From the human T2T-CHM13v2.0 reference genome, Homo sapiens: a stretch of 64,000 bases of DNA. The DNA lies in the NCBI RefSeq assembly GCF_009914755.1, contig NC_060947.1. One strand, written 5' to 3'. Both the position numbers and the translations under genes were made by a program. The notes below the pieces were generated by a model. The model was not told the origin of the DNA. It saw only the letters and a list, made by a program, of their open reading frames with translations, and did no database searches. Positions 1 to 16,903 of the stretch are shown piece after piece (within the stretch, counting starts at the first letter, position 1; each line of letters opens with the position of its first letter).

Positions 1-27
1 TGGTGGTGGTGGTGGTGGTGGTGGTGG
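1..27. repeat. (TGG)n microsatellite, truncated by window edge
   Basis: 9 visible TGG units. Confidence 0.9.
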
Positions 28-639
28 TTTGGAGTGTCTAGTTCATTTATACTTAATTTGATTATTGATATGGTTGGATAAAGTTAGCTGTCATTCCTGT
101 TGTATTCTTTGTATTGTATTGTTTTTCTCTGGTTGCTTTTAAAAGGTTTTTCTCTTTATATTTGGTTTTCAAAAATTTGACTTCAATGTGCTCAGATATT
201 TTTTTTCTTTATAATTATACTAATAGTATTTTAAGTCTGGGGTTTGATTTTTTTTTTATCAGTTTTGGAAAATTCTCAGCCATTGATTTGTCAAATATTT
301 TTTCTGCTCCACCGTTTTTCTCTTCTTCTCGGACTCCAATTACATGTATGGTAGACTATATGCTATTGCCTCAAACATCTTAGATGCTTTCTTTTTTTTT
401 TTTTAACTTTTAACTTTTGTGTGTTTGTATGTGTGTGTTTCTGCTTCAATCTGTATGCTTTCTAGTGACTTGTTTTCAAATGCATTGATTTCTTTTTTTT
501 TTTAAATATACTTTCCAATCTGCTATTCAATCCATATAGTGATTTTCTTTTTTAAATTTCAGATTAACATTTTTTCAATTCTGGAATTTCCTTTTGTTTC
601 TCTTTCTGGAGTATGATTTTTTATACATTAATTCATTAG

Positions 640-880
<241 letters not shown>

Positions 881-895
881 TAAAATTATCTACAG

Positions 896-1199
896 GGCTA
901 GGCGCAGTAGCTCATGCCTGTAATCCCAGCACTTGTGAGAGACCAAGGTGGGCAGATCACCTAAGGTCAGGAGTTCAAGACCAGCCTGGCCAAAATGGCG
1001 AGACCCCCATCTCTACTAAAAATACAAAAGATTAGCCAAGTGTGATGGCGTGCCTGTAATCCTAGCTGTTCGGGAGACTGAGGCAGGAGAATCGCTTGAA
1101 CTCAGGAGGCAGAGGTTGCGGTGAGCCAAGATTGTGCCACTGCACTCCAGCCTGGGCGACACAGTGAAAGTGCGTCTCAAAAAAAAAAAAAAAAAAAAA
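896..1199 (+). mobile_element. AluS
   Basis: Full dimer ggctaggcgcagtagctcatgcctgtaatcccagc...ctc then poly-A. Confidence 0.93.
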
Positions 1200-3077
1200 C
1201 TACAAATTTCAACATCTGAGTAATTTCACAGCTGGTTTTCATTAATTTTCTTTTCTTTTGAATATAGGTGAAATTTTCCTGATCTTCATAAGTTTAATAA
1301 TTTTTATCCTGCATATCATGAGTAATACATTGTGGAGATTGACTATATTTTTCTGAAGATTGATATATTTTTGCTTTATTAGCCAGTTAACTCACACTCT
1401 AAACTTTGTCACCCTTGTAATGGCAGCAACTGAAATCTCTCTCTAGTTCTTTTAGGCTGCTCATTATCTGTTCTGTTCATGCATAATTCGGCAGTCAGAG
1501 CTTTGGGCAGAGTTTATGTGTGGAATTTGGTGTTTCCACTCTCTGTCTCCTGACTGGGATTTCTCCCCTCACTTCCAACTCTTTATGGTAGCCTCAAAAG
1601 CTGTCCTATGATTCTTCAGCCTAGTAAGACTGCCATTTCTATTTGAGTTCTAGCCAGCCAAAGTACCAGTTGAAGCCTGCCTTCAGGTGAAAATCCAAGA
1701 AAAAGGGAGTTACTCATCTAGTGCCGTTTCCTTCCTTTAAGTGTGAACTTTTCCTTTGGTTTTGCCTGATTTTGGTCTCTCTCCAGTGCCATCTGGTAGT
1801 TGACTTTTATATTTTATCCAGAATGTGAAGCTGTGTGTGGAATGTCACTCCAAATATTGTCAGAGGCAAAACTTCTACTCAACACTATTAAAGATAAACT
1901 CAAGTTACTTTTTTACACATCGTTTATAATTGCTAATTAATGTACTACTATAAGCATCCATTGTATTTTGCTTCTACTTGTCTAGTGACAGACACTTAGG
2001 TTGCCCCCCAACTTCTCCATACTACAAGCAGTACTGTTCAGAACATTACCTGTGGAAAGGTTTCCTTGGCATACATATTCCAAGAGTAAGATTGCTAGAT
2101 TGTAGCATATTTGTATTCCTAATTTTTTGAGTAAATCCCCTTCCACCAGGACGTGAGTGTTCTCCTTTACTCACATCTCTACAATACTTGGAATTACTCA
2201 AATTTATGTTTGCCAGTCTTAAAGGTAGAAGCTGTTGTGTCATTTAAACTTGTATGTTCTGATTTCTAGAGGAGTATAGTTACTCACATTGTTTTTCACC
2301 TTTTATGTGTTGGATTACTTATGTCCATTGCCTGTTTCTCTGCCTATGCTTTTTGAGTCAGATCTTTACTCTTCCTTATGATTTGTGTTTTTTTGGTCAT
2401 GTCCAATAAATTCTCTCCCATCTCAAGGAAACATTCTTCTACATTTTCTTCTCTTAACTTTATACTTTTACCTTTCATATTCAGGTCTTTAATGCAGTTG
2501 CTGGTTTTGTTGTATATGGTATGAGGTAGAAATCTAATTTCATATTTCCAAATATGATGCTACCATTTTTTCAAGTAGATCATTGTTTTTATTACAGTGT
2601 TGGGAGGTATATTTTAACATTTGTTAAGATAATTCATGAAGGTGGTTTTCCTAAAATTTAAATCTGATTACATTACTTGAAATCATTCAGTGGTTCTCCA
2701 TTGTTTTAGGATACAGTCAGTAGTCTTTAAATGGATTAGGGAGGTCTTTGTGAAGTAGTCTTTGCATTTTCTGTCCAGCCTGCTAGTACTCTAAACTTAA
2801 TATGCGCTCGTTCTTCCTCTGAGAAGTATTATAATGTTATCATACACAGCACAATATGCTTAATTTGTTTTTCTTGTATATATTTTTCACTACTGTGTAG
2901 TCTTAGCAGTTCCTGTTATGTATTAGGTGTTTAACAAATATTTATCAATTGAAGGAATTGAATAACTTGGCCCTTATCCTTGGCCTAACTATCTAATTAA
3001 CTTTTTTTAGACCAGATGAGTGTTTTGGGGGAACTAGTTTAGCTGATAAGTAAAAGTTGATTTAATAACTCTGGATC

Positions 3078-3382
3078 GCTGGACGCGGTGGCTCACGCCT
3101 GTAATCCCAACACTTTGGGAAGCCAAGGCGGGCGGATCACCTGAGGTTGGGAATTCGAGACCAGCCTGACCAACATGGAGAAACCCCATTTCTACTAAAA
3201 ATACAAAAGTAGGCGGGCGTGGTGGCACATGCCTATAATCCCAGCTACTCGGGAGGCTGAGGCAGGAGAATTCACTTGAACCCGGGAGGCGGAGGTTGCA
3301 GTGAACTGAGATCGTGCCATTGCACTCCAGCCTGGGCAACAAGGGCGACACTCCGTCTCAAAAAAACAAACAAACGAAAAAA
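3078..3382 (+). mobile_element. AluSp/Sq-like
   Basis: Full dimer; accaacatggagaaacc and aacaagggcgaca diagnostics. Confidence 0.92.
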
Positions 3383-4001
3383 CTGATCATCTCAATAGAC
3401 AGTTCTTTCAAATCTTCCTTATGTTAGCGGTGTGTGTGTGTGTAGCTCCTTAATTGTTTCCATCATTAGGACAACCCTGTAGGTAGCAAGATTGGATATT
3501 AGCTCTTGTTTTATTGCATCAGTTTTTTATTGATGTTGAATCCTAGTTTAAGTGAATTGCCTGAGGTTCATACAGCCTAGTTTTGTATTTCTACCTACTT
3601 TTTTTTGAAAATATTTGTTTGCTCAGGCAGTTATATACTGGTAATGATATGAATAAAAGCCACTTCAATCCATTGTTCTGCCAAGTATGTTTTACAGGTA
3701 ATATTTATGAGCCTTTCTTTTGTTAGTTTTTTCCTTTTGTTTTGGGGGAGTTGTCTTAAGGTTTGTAACCATAGCAATAAAGAGTTTCAGTTATATTAGT
3801 ACTCTTGAGAACTGTGGCTAAATGGTTTCATTTAGACATTTGCCTGTGAAATCCTAAGTCTTACAGACATTGTTAGGCTGTAACAGAGTTTTGATGTCTT
3901 TAAAATCATATGTATTATAAATATTTTTATAAGATATTTTATATATACTAGAAACTGTATCTTTAAAATTTAGATTTTTAACTACTTTTGTACTTATTTA
4001 G

Positions 4002-4326
<325 letters not shown>

Positions 4327-4727
4327 TGACATGTGCTCTATTTATTGAGTTGCTTGGGAGCTCAGTGTTTCTAGGCAGACAGATATGCACTTGGAGGTAG
4401 AATACGTCTAATGTTATTAAATAAAATTGAGACCACTTATGTTATTAAATTTCAGATGATATTGGCATTTGGAAAATTCTTAAAAGTCATACTTTAATGA
4501 TACTTCGTTATAGTGAATGTCAGTTTTACTGGTGTTAGGTACTCTGGAACAAGGCTTATTACTCAACTGTCTGATGTTAAAGAAACATTCAATAATGGAA
4601 TCAGCACTTTTTTCTTTTAGTTTTAAAAAATATGCTAAAACATCAGTATTGTATAATTCTTAATATATGAAGTAGTTCCTTAAAGATTATGTTAATTTTT
4701 CTCCAAATCTCTTTTTCTGTTCTTTAG

Positions 4728-4826
<99 letters not shown>

Positions 4827-5724
4827 TAATAGTATACATTTAGTGTATTATAAGTGCTTCTCTTTATGTTTTTTCCATGTCGAGTGTGGCAAATATGTGG
4901 CTCATATATTCTATTCCTTTGCTCAGAGTTGATAAAATTATTCTGAACCCAGCATATTTGTATCCTCTGCCCAGCATTGTCCTTCCCACAGTCTGTCTCA
5001 GTGTAATTCTTTAGTACAGCTGGTCCTTTTAAATTATCAAAATTACTCCCTAGTATTTAACCCAAGGAGGATTGAATACTTCGTTTGTGCCAGATATATG
5101 CTTAAGCACTTAATGAAGTTGTGATTTACCTAATGTCACTTAATGGTTGGGGAGCTTGCTTTCATAGCTTTATTAGTTATAATGACTACAAAACAATTTA
5201 TCTAAAAACTGTAGAACGTCTAACACTGTGAGCATGCAGTTCTATTCTAATGTGGGACATGAGGGAATCTATTCATTTGGATGTCATGTGTAACTATCAC
5301 CAAAAAGATAGTGAAAGAACTCCCCAGCCTTTAATTTTGTTGCTTAATTATTGAGTCATGTTTCTTGTTTGTATTTGATATTTGGGTTGTTTTTTCAGTT
5401 TTGTTTTTGGTCTGGGCAAATCATTTATTCTTAATTTTTAGCCAGCATTGTAGCAGTATGAATGTTTTCATAATGTAACTATTTTTACATAGTTTTAAAG
5501 TCACTTAAGCTTAGATTTTATCATTATCTTTAGATAATATACATACAAATTTAATAATTATAAATCACTGAATAAAAACAAATATTTTGACACTTTTATA
5601 ACTCTTAAAAGTATAGACAACTTGAGTAAAATCCTAATGGAAAAAATTATAAACAAAACTAAGGCTTTATTATGAAGGCAATGTTTGTTTTTTCAGTCAT
5701 CAAATACTTTATAGTTTGTTTGCT

Positions 5725-6013
5725 TATTTATTTTAGACAGAGTCTCGCTCTGTCCCCTAGGCTGGAATACAGTGTCGTGATCATAACTGCAGCCTCAAAC
5801 TCCTCGGGTCAGGTGATCCCACCTCAGCCCCCCGAGTAGCTAGGGCTGCAGGCGCATGCCACCACGCCTGGCTGATTTAAAAAATTTCTTTTGTAGAGAC
5901 AAGGTCTCTCTCTGTGTTGCCCAGGGTGGTCTCAAACTCCTGGCATCAAGCGATCCTTCTGCCTCAGCCTCCCCAAATTCTAGGATTACAGGTGTGAGCC
6001 ACTGTGCCTGGCC
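5725..6013 (-). mobile_element. AluJ
   Basis: Diverged antisense dimer with aactcctggcatcaagcgatcc J-type motifs. Confidence 0.9.
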
Positions 6014-6169
6014 TATAGTTTTATATAGGGTGCGAATATATGTAGTCAGGGCCAGTGAGGTAGGATTGTGTGTATATTTTTTAATCTGAATTATCGTTGA
6101 TTCTATAGCCTTATATTTATTCCTTGGAAATAAACATTTTGTTAATGGGATATCTTGGAGATTCTTAAT

Positions 6170-6521
<352 letters not shown>

Positions 6522-6810
6522 TTATATTTTTTGTTTCGTAACTTGGAATTTTTTCAGATATCAAAATTAGAAAAGTCTGATTTATAATCTGTTATATCAG
6601 TACTAAAAATTGTTTTAATTTCTCTTGAATGAAAGCCCTTTGTAGCTTTTACAGTACCTTACTGTGAGAAACTGACTTTCTTAATGGCCAGAATTGGCAG
6701 TTCTAAATTTTGGAAATATGTACTCCAAACTAAATTAATAAATTGACAGAAAAGAGTACTTTTTTGGTTTGTTTTCTGCTTCGTATTCTTAAACATAGAA
6801 GAACAATTAA

Positions 6811-6975
<165 letters not shown>

Positions 6976-7845
6976 TGAGACTTACCAGACATTTATGTTT
7001 GATTTTGTCTATTCCAGCTAAGAGATTTGAATTACAATTTAAAATGTTAGTTTACATATGTAACCTGATCAGTGTATTTTCTCTTCTAAATACATTATTA
7101 ACCAAGATTCCTGAAAGTTAAACAACAAGATAAAGTTTCCAAATATGGTGGTTTTTTTATAGCATAATCTGGTCTAGCAGGACGTTTCTTATTTTGGTTA
7201 TTGGATTTTTATTTGATTTGAGTTACTGCTAGTTTTAAAAAAGTCTTATCCAATAGTAACTTTTAATGAAGTATTTAAATGCCTTTCCTTCAGACTTCCA
7301 GTATTTTTTTCTATATGTCTGTTTTATAAAACAGAGGATTAATTTCTCATCTGCCTGATGACTACTGGTAGTCAATGGAACCTTTATAATTTATAATTTT
7401 GATTCATGATATTTACCTTAGAATTGACATAATAGTAAATCTCAAATCACAGTTATACTTGAAATCTTACAGTGAGAAAGTGAATACATTATTAGATTTG
7501 TTGGAATGGAGAAGTGTCATGTAACAAAAATCATTTTCTGCAAGTCTGTAACCATTTCTCCATACTATTTATCCATTGAATGTCTGAATTATGCTTAGTG
7601 ATGATCTGAACTATACCTCATGCATAAGTATCTGATAGATTATAGTTTTAGACTATCATCAGGTTGTATTTTGATTCCTAATCACTTTTCGCTTTCATGA
7701 TATGGTGAAAAGATCAATGTACTAGGAGCCAGGACACTTAGATTCAAGTCCTGATTCAGCTACTGTTTGTGGAATTGTGGATGGTTTAGTTAAACCTTTT
7801 AAAGCCTCAAATTTTGTTTAACGTATTTAGAGAATTGTATTAGAT

Positions 7846-8073
7846 CAGTGGTCCTCAGGGGCAGGCTATTTTGCCACTCTTGCCCCGGCCAAGGACAATT
7901 CACAATGTTTAGAGACATTTATTTCTTTCATCACAGCTGTAAAGTGTGCTACTTTCATATAGTGGGTAGAGACTAGGGATGCTGCTAAACATCCTACAAT
8001 GCGCAGGACAGTCCTCTATAGCAAAGAACTGGCTGGCTCCAAATGTCAATTATGCTGTAGTTGAGAAACCCTG
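7846..8073 (+). mobile_element. MER20 (hAT-Charlie MITE) nested in a MIR-like element
   Basis: cagtggtcctca...gatgctgctaaacatcctacaatgcgcaggacag...gttgagaaaccctg; degenerate 8-bp TSD ending ttagat on both sides. Confidence 0.88.
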
Positions 8074-10029
8074 AGTTAGATGATCTGTTACGTATCTTCC
8101 TGCTCTAAAGGTTCCAATTTTATGACTTCTTTAGAAATTATCCTGTTTTAATTTTAAGTTTTGTTCTATTATTGTTTACATAGAATACTTGATTGTAAGT
8201 AAATTTGCCATATAATCACATTAAATTTTAATTATATGGCTTCATTTTTCCTTTAAGGAAAGTATGTTTGTATGAGACATTAATTTTAATTAATGTAATT
8301 TTAATTAATGTAATATTACTTTAATTAAAGTAATATTAATATGGTTCCTTCCCTAAAAATATTTGATTACTCATAGTATGCTTAGAAGGTTAAGGAAAAA
8401 AATTTTTAAAAACATTTGATTAACTCATTATTAACATACAATAAGAGTTGACTGAAAAGGTATCTAATTTTTGGTGAGGATTTCCTAATCCCTCCCCAGG
8501 CTTATAAAAGAGCCTAATTTGGATTGCTTCTAAATAAAGCTGGAGGGTCCAAACTTTTGTGTTTCTCTTCTACAGTAGCAGAAACTGGATTTTATTATTT
8601 TTGTATCTTTTTGCCTGACAAAGTGGCTATTCGATAAATGGATGACATGAACTAACTAAACTCCATTTGCTTTTGGAGCTAGCACTATTACTGTTAGTGT
8701 TGTGGAGTGTGAGGCTTTATATAGTGACTGTAAAGGAGGTCTGGAACTGGGAAACAGTAGGTGCCTGTCTCTTGTTTTCAGGTTTATATATGAAAATTTC
8801 TTTTAGCATAGATTAAAACGAATGTATACTAGAAAGTATGTTCCTTCTGACCTAAGATAGTTTAATACAGTAGTGTGTAGATGTCTTTTTAGTATAGGTT
8901 TTTAAATTTAAATTCTAGTTACGTAAAATTATAATGAACCATGTGTAGAATTAACTATCATAGTCATGCTGTAATTTTCAGCTTCGATGAGCAGTATTTA
9001 ATCATCAGTATTTCAGTGAGCAGTATTTTATCATTTTTTTCCAGTTAACTAATTTTACATTGTAAAACATTATGATGCTTTTAATTTAATCTTTTTGGGT
9101 AAATTTTTCCAAATATACAATATACTTTTCCTGACTAAATAAAGGATACTTATCACAATTTAACTTGGTTTCGGGTTCAAGGTTATCATTTTAGACATAT
9201 TATTTTCCATCTGTAATAATAAAATTCTAAATCTTTTAGACTTTTCATATTCTCTTTCACTGCCTTCTAATGTGTTGCTTCTAATCTGTTTCTTGTAAGA
9301 AACATTTTATGAATGAATTATGTTTTAGAAGTTTTTAAAGCTCCAAATGAAGACCTCAATTGTCAGTAAGAAATTTTGGGGTTTGATGACCCTCATATTT
9401 GTTAGGATTTCTATTAACCTCTGCATTCAGGTCTGTGTTGAAGATGGACTTTGCTTGTCATTTGGCACTTGTATTTCAAAGTAAAATTGTAATGTGATAT
9501 TCTGTTTTGCTAGCACCAATCATTGACTGTGTTATCACAGAACTATAGAATATTACAACTGGGAGGGACCAGGGAGGTCATCTAGTTAACCTTGTAAATC
9601 CTGTCACTTCAAAGATTTAGAAAGTGGGTTCATAATCACAGATAATTAGTATGAGAGCAGGGATTAGACCCTAGATTCACCCAGGACTTTTTTAGTTACA
9701 TGAGACTGTCTCAGAGGAACCTACTTTCATTAGAGGAAAAGTGGTTGATGGTTGGAGTGGGACATCTGTATCTGGGCACATTGGTTTCCTACTTTGACTT
9801 TGTAGGAATGGAATGTTAAAACATTGGTTTTGGGAAGAACTGCTTATTTCTCCCAGCAGTTAGGCAAATTTGTCTATAAATCTGAAATGGCTTTGATTTC
9901 ACAACAACTACAGAAGAGCATGTTTTCTACTATCTGTTAAGCATTCCCTTTCACGCTGGTGTCTGTTTCTGTTTGGCATTGTAGCTGATCTCTTCTTATG
10001 AATTTTTCCTTCATAAAACAGTTTGTAGA

Positions 10030-11330
10030 TGCTCTCTGAAACTGCCTTCTCTGTCTCAATCACGGACATTTCTTACATCTTTCAAACCACAGGATTAGTG
10101 ATTCCTTAGGCTTTTACTTCTCCCTTTAGATGTCCTGTGTTTTTACAGCCTCTCTTCCATATGGATGAATTCCAAATCTAGATTTCAACATTTAAAGGTA
10201 TCTTAAACACCAGGACAACATCTCCTATTCTTTACTTAACATTTCCCATTTTAATGTCCTCACATCATGTCAAAGTCAGCATATTTCAAACCATGTTCAC
10301 CATATTCTTCCCCAGACCAGCTCTTTTCTCCTTTTACTTTTGCCAAAAGATCACCATTTTCTTTTTATCAAGGTTAAATACTAAGTTACAGCCCCCACCC
10401 TGTGAACATCTAATCAATTAATCACAAAGCCTTTATCAATCTTTTGGTTTCTTGTTTCTCTTATCTTTTTTTTCTTGCCGCTTCCAGTACTTTCACTCCA
10501 ATTTTGGCCTGTTCTAAACCAGTGAATGTAGCCACCCTCTTTTTTCACTGTCCATAACTATTTTCCTTTCAGTCTGCCCTACATATTGTTAGAAAATTAA
10601 TATTCCTATAAAGTGCTTTCAGTGTGCTATTCTGCTTGTTAGAAAAGCAAACTTTAGGGTAATCTTTGGCTGGATTTAAAATTCTCTACTGTTTTGTGTC
10701 TGTGCTTTCTTGTATATACATTAGGTTTTGCTCATGCTGTTCAAACCCATTTAAAACGCCTTTTCTCATCTTCTCTGCCCGAATCAGTGGTTCCTAGAAT
10801 TTTAGGTTACATAAATCAGTAAAATTTCAAAGAATAATTATGAGGATAGAAATATGGTGTTTGGGCAAGTAAAAACATTAACTTTTTTTGCAATTTACTG
10901 TCAGCCAATAATATCCAAAATAAGAGAATTACAGCATAAATATTAATTCATTTATTGGAAAAACTTTATGTATGTATATGTGTGTGTTGTCTTTCCAATT
11001 TGTTTGCTTGGCAAACGTGCCATATACTGGCTGGCAATTAGGAATCACTAAATAATATGCATCTTTACATATTCAAATCCCTTACTCTTACTCTCCCCCC
11101 CCCCCCCTTTTTTTTTTTGCCTTTCCTAAATCTTGCAGAATATGATGGTCTCTTCTTATCCTAAATTCTCAGGCCAATTATTGTCTATACTGGCCATTTG
11201 ATATGACATCATGACATTTTTAATGTATCTTCAGTCCTCAACTAAATTGTAAGCTTCATGAAAATAGGGACTGGGTTTTTGTTTTTTTTCTTTTTCCTTT
11301 AGTGCCAAGAATAAGAAGATAATTTCAGTA
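10030..11330 (+). mobile_element. Diverged L2 fragments (approximate)
   Basis: L2-like phrases gatgaattccaaatcta, caaagtcagcatatttcaaacc, aaattgtaagcttcatgaaaatagggac. Confidence 0.5.
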
Positions 11331-11996
11331 TTTATAATTTCAACTGTTATCTGTGTATCCATCATGTCCATCGTGTATATTCACATTAAGAAAATTACAG
11401 TCCTTGAATCGTTAATCTTACCTTGCTAACTTTACTAGTCATAAAATATTATACTTTATATTATTTTTACTTTTTACTTTATACTATTTTTGATACTTAG
11501 TTTGAGATTAACTATGTCTTACATGTGCATTTTTTTTATGAATTAAAGAATTATTGCCCTCAGTGTTGTTACTTGGGAAAGGAAAATTGAAATCTGATAC
11601 AGCAAATCTTACCAACGTATATAGTGTTTTTGTTTTTAACTCTGTATTTTGACCATATAGGAAACTAGAGGTCAAGCTGTATAAGAAGAGTGGAAGAGTG
11701 CCGTGTGTGTGTGTGTGCACATGTGCATGCAGCTCTCAGTATTATAATATTGAAGTGATATGTCCCCTAATCATTTTAATAGAGTTCATTAATGCAGCAT
11801 GCTTTTTAGCACCTATAAGACAGACTATAATATGGTTTGTTGGAGGGCAAATTATAATATTCATTATAGTTAACAAGTATATACATACATACACATAAAT
11901 ATATTAACTTATTAGGGTTTTAAAAAAATTTGCTGTGATATATAGTCCATCCTTTCAGCCGATTAATTTGTTTCAGTATTAATGGAATTCTCTTGA

Positions 11997-12125
<129 letters not shown>

Positions 12126-12204
12126 TAAGCCTTTGTATAAAAATAGTAGTAATTTAATTGATATACAAAGATGGTTGCATCACATATAGTACTTCATAGT
12201 TTAA

Positions 12205-12570
<366 letters not shown>

Positions 12571-13041
12571 TAGTTGTGTTTTGATGTCTATAATCTGTTT
12601 CCATATTTTGTAAACATACCATAGCTTGTAATATTATTTTACTTTTCATTTTAAGTAAGATATGCAGTATTTTTAAAGATGCTCTTTTGCACATTTACTC
12701 TGTTGATGCATATTAATTTACATAATTTTTTTCTATGTACTGTCTACATTTTTAAGTTGTCATAGCATTTTATAGAAAACACAAACAGTCTTTCACTCTT
12801 GCTTGGAGTTTCTTGAGAAGACAGCTATGAGAACTCTGAAAACAGAGCTCAGCTTTGTTTTGATTCTCACAAAGGTTTATATTCCGGTTACCCTGTTTAT
12901 ACTTAGTGTCTTCTAAAGCCCCAAATTTAGAATCTATTTTCTTTTAAAAACAATTAGCTATAGCATTTAGGAAGATTTAGTGGACTTGCTCTTACTCAAG
13001 TAGGCTTGTGTTAAATTTGCTTTTTACATAATTTTTCCTAG

Positions 13042-13272
<231 letters not shown>

Positions 13273-13628
13273 TAGTAATGAAAAGCCTTTTGATTTAATT
13301 GCAAAGGGAATCTAGATCAAAATAAAATTCCCTCTAATATGGGAAGAGATTTTGGGGTACCAACTTAGAACCTTTGTGCATTTTCATGATTTTGAAGGAG
13401 ATTTCTTAAAATAATGCTACAGTGGTTTGTTTAATTTTTAAGGCAAGTTTTTCAAAGGAAGGTACACATTATTCCATTGATGAATCATTTAATTTTGATT
13501 TTCAATCATTGCAATCAGCGATGTCCACATAGCTTTGAAAAGTATGCAGCTTGTAAAGTTTTATAATTTGAAGGAATGAATTAAGAATATATAGAACCCT
13601 ATTTTTGTCTTCCTTCTGTGATTCTTAG

Positions 13629-13784
13629 GCATGTAAACCTCATCATCCAAATACTGAACCTGTATTAGGCCTCAGTCAAACACCAATTTCACAGCAATCC
13701 TTGCCACTACACATGATTCCTTCTAGCCAAGTAGATGACCTGTCCAGTCCTGCCAAGAGGAAAAGAACATCTAGTCCAACAAAG
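13629..13784 (+). CDS. KDM6A: KDM6A cassette exon 14 (156 nt, 52 aa, NLS-like KRKR)
   Basis: ttcttag|GCATGT...ACAAAG|gtatat; ACKPHHPNTEPVLGLSQTPISQQSLPLHMIPSSQVDDLSSPAKRKRTSSPTK; missed by the ORF track on this strand. Confidence 0.92.
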
Positions 13785-14343
13785 GTATATGTTTTAGAGA
13801 AATAGAAAATCCCAGTCAAAAAAGAAGTTTCAGCTGCCCTGAAATTGTGCAGTTTGAACATTTCCTGTCCTTTATTTTAAATTTGTGGACATCAAAGAGT
13901 GAAAGGTTTGAGTTTTTCCATCCCAAACCCTTAGTATCATATTAAATATAGAAAGTAGGGATAAATTTGCATTCATCAAATCATTTTATTCATCTCCCTG
14001 CCGTTAAGATCCCAGCACACTTTTCATCATCACTTTTTACTGACATTGAAATAAATTTAATGTTGGATCTAGTGGACAGTGTGGTGTTTAGGCTAGCCGT
14101 TTGGGCCATAGTTTGAGGGTGGGCCTTTTTGGGTGGCTTATTAAATAGTCAGTAATTTTTAAATGTATGATTTCTAAGTTTAATATGCATGTAAAATTAT
14201 TTTTTAAAGAATTTAATGTTATAACATCTTTTTAACATGTAAATATTCCAATTCATAGTCATTTGGCCTCCTCTAACCATTATTATTAACTGTGGATTTA
14301 ACCAAATATTCTTTAATTTTTTTTTTAAATCGATTTTCCTCAG

Positions 14344-14439
14344 AATACTTCTGACAATTGGAGTGGTGGACATGCTGTGTCACATCCTCCAGTACAGCAA
14401 CAAGCTCATTCATGGTGTTTGACACCACAGAAATTACAG
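14344..14439 (+). CDS. KDM6A: KDM6A exon 15 (96 nt)
   Basis: cctcag|AATACT...TTACAG|gtatgt; [32 protein letters not shown]. Confidence 0.95.
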
Positions 14440-14497
14440 GTATGTAAGATGTTTTTGACAAATTGTTTATTAAAAAGGAGTAGAGGTAGCAAACAAG

Positions 14498-14811
<314 letters not shown>

Positions 14812-15666
14812 CTAAGTATTAATTCTTATAAGTTAAATGGCAGTACATTCAATTAAAATGCACAAAAGTAAAATGAGCCTGCATTTACCAGAATAATGAA
14901 GAGCATTCATTCTTGTTTTTAATTTCTTTTTTTTTTTTTAAACAGGACATGGTTTACACTACATAAAGTATAAATATAGGGTATATAGGGTAAAGTTTTC
15001 TTCTAACTCTGGCCCCTACCCACTCAAAATGTGGCTGGTATTACTAATTTCCTATCTATCATTCCAGAGGTATGTTATGTATGTACAAGCAAATATACAT
15101 CCCCCCCTTTCTCACATGTATTATTATTTTTCTTCTTTTTTACACAAATGATAGGATTCTTATTTGCTGTTAACAACATATTTTACAGACTTCTGCATGT
15201 CAATATGTGAAGAGCTTCCTTGTTCTTTTATGGTTACATCATATTTCTTTATATAGATGTAACACCTTTATTTAAGCAGATCAGTAATTTTGGACATTCA
15301 GGTTGTCTTCAGACTTTGCTTATTCCAGACAGTGCTGCTTTTAGCATACTTGTCAATATATTTTTAAGCTTCAAGAGTTTTCTCTGTGAATACCTAAGAA
15401 TACTGTATGGATGAGTAAAATTTCATGCCCATCTATTACAAAGAACTCATAGTAAATCTTGTTCAGATGAATGCTTAGTTCATTCTTATATTTCTCAAGC
15501 TTATTAAAGGACTTCATCTTGGAGTGTGTGACTGTTGGTCAGAAGACAGTGTGTTTGACCAGATAGTGGTTCTGAGTTTAGTCATTTCAGGGAAAGGTTG
15601 CTTAGAATAATGATCTTATTTCCTAAATATATCTTTGACTATATTCTCTTTTTGTTCTTCTTCTAG

Positions 15667-15888
<222 letters not shown>

Positions 15889-16438
15889 TAGTAATCTCTG
15901 TATTTTAAAATACTGGTAATTGACGGAGATTTTTAGACAAAAGCAACTATAATTTTGAAGAAGATACTTTGTATTTTATTTATTTACATGATATTTCACA
16001 TGTATTCTAAGGGTTTGTTTACATTATTTAGTACTGAGGCAAGGTTTTTAGGGCTTATTTAGTTTACAGGATCTGGCATATATGTAACAGAATGAAATTT
16101 TGAGATGTCCCCTCTTTTGTGATTGAGAGAAGGACCTATAAGTTCGGGGTCGTTTTCTATAATTTTCAGCTGCTTCCTTTTGTCATTACTAATGGGATTT
16201 TTTTTTTTTGAAACCGACTTTTGCTTTTTCAAGGAAGTTTATTTTAAAATGAACAAATACAATTTCTTGTTTTTAAAGTATGTATTTCTCAACTTAGAGA
16301 AATTAAGCATTTGGGTAAAATCACACATTCCCTAATTATACATCTTCATATTCATCTGGGGATTCATAGAGAATCCCCTATAGATTCTCTTCCCTATAGA
16401 TTACACAACCAGCATTTACTTTTCCTTTGTTTTTTTGA

Positions 16439-16903
<465 letters not shown>

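Noticed and set aside
11095-11118. C13-T11 homopolymer junction
   Set aside because: Deep intronic simple repeat with no nearby AG or exon; no function supportable.
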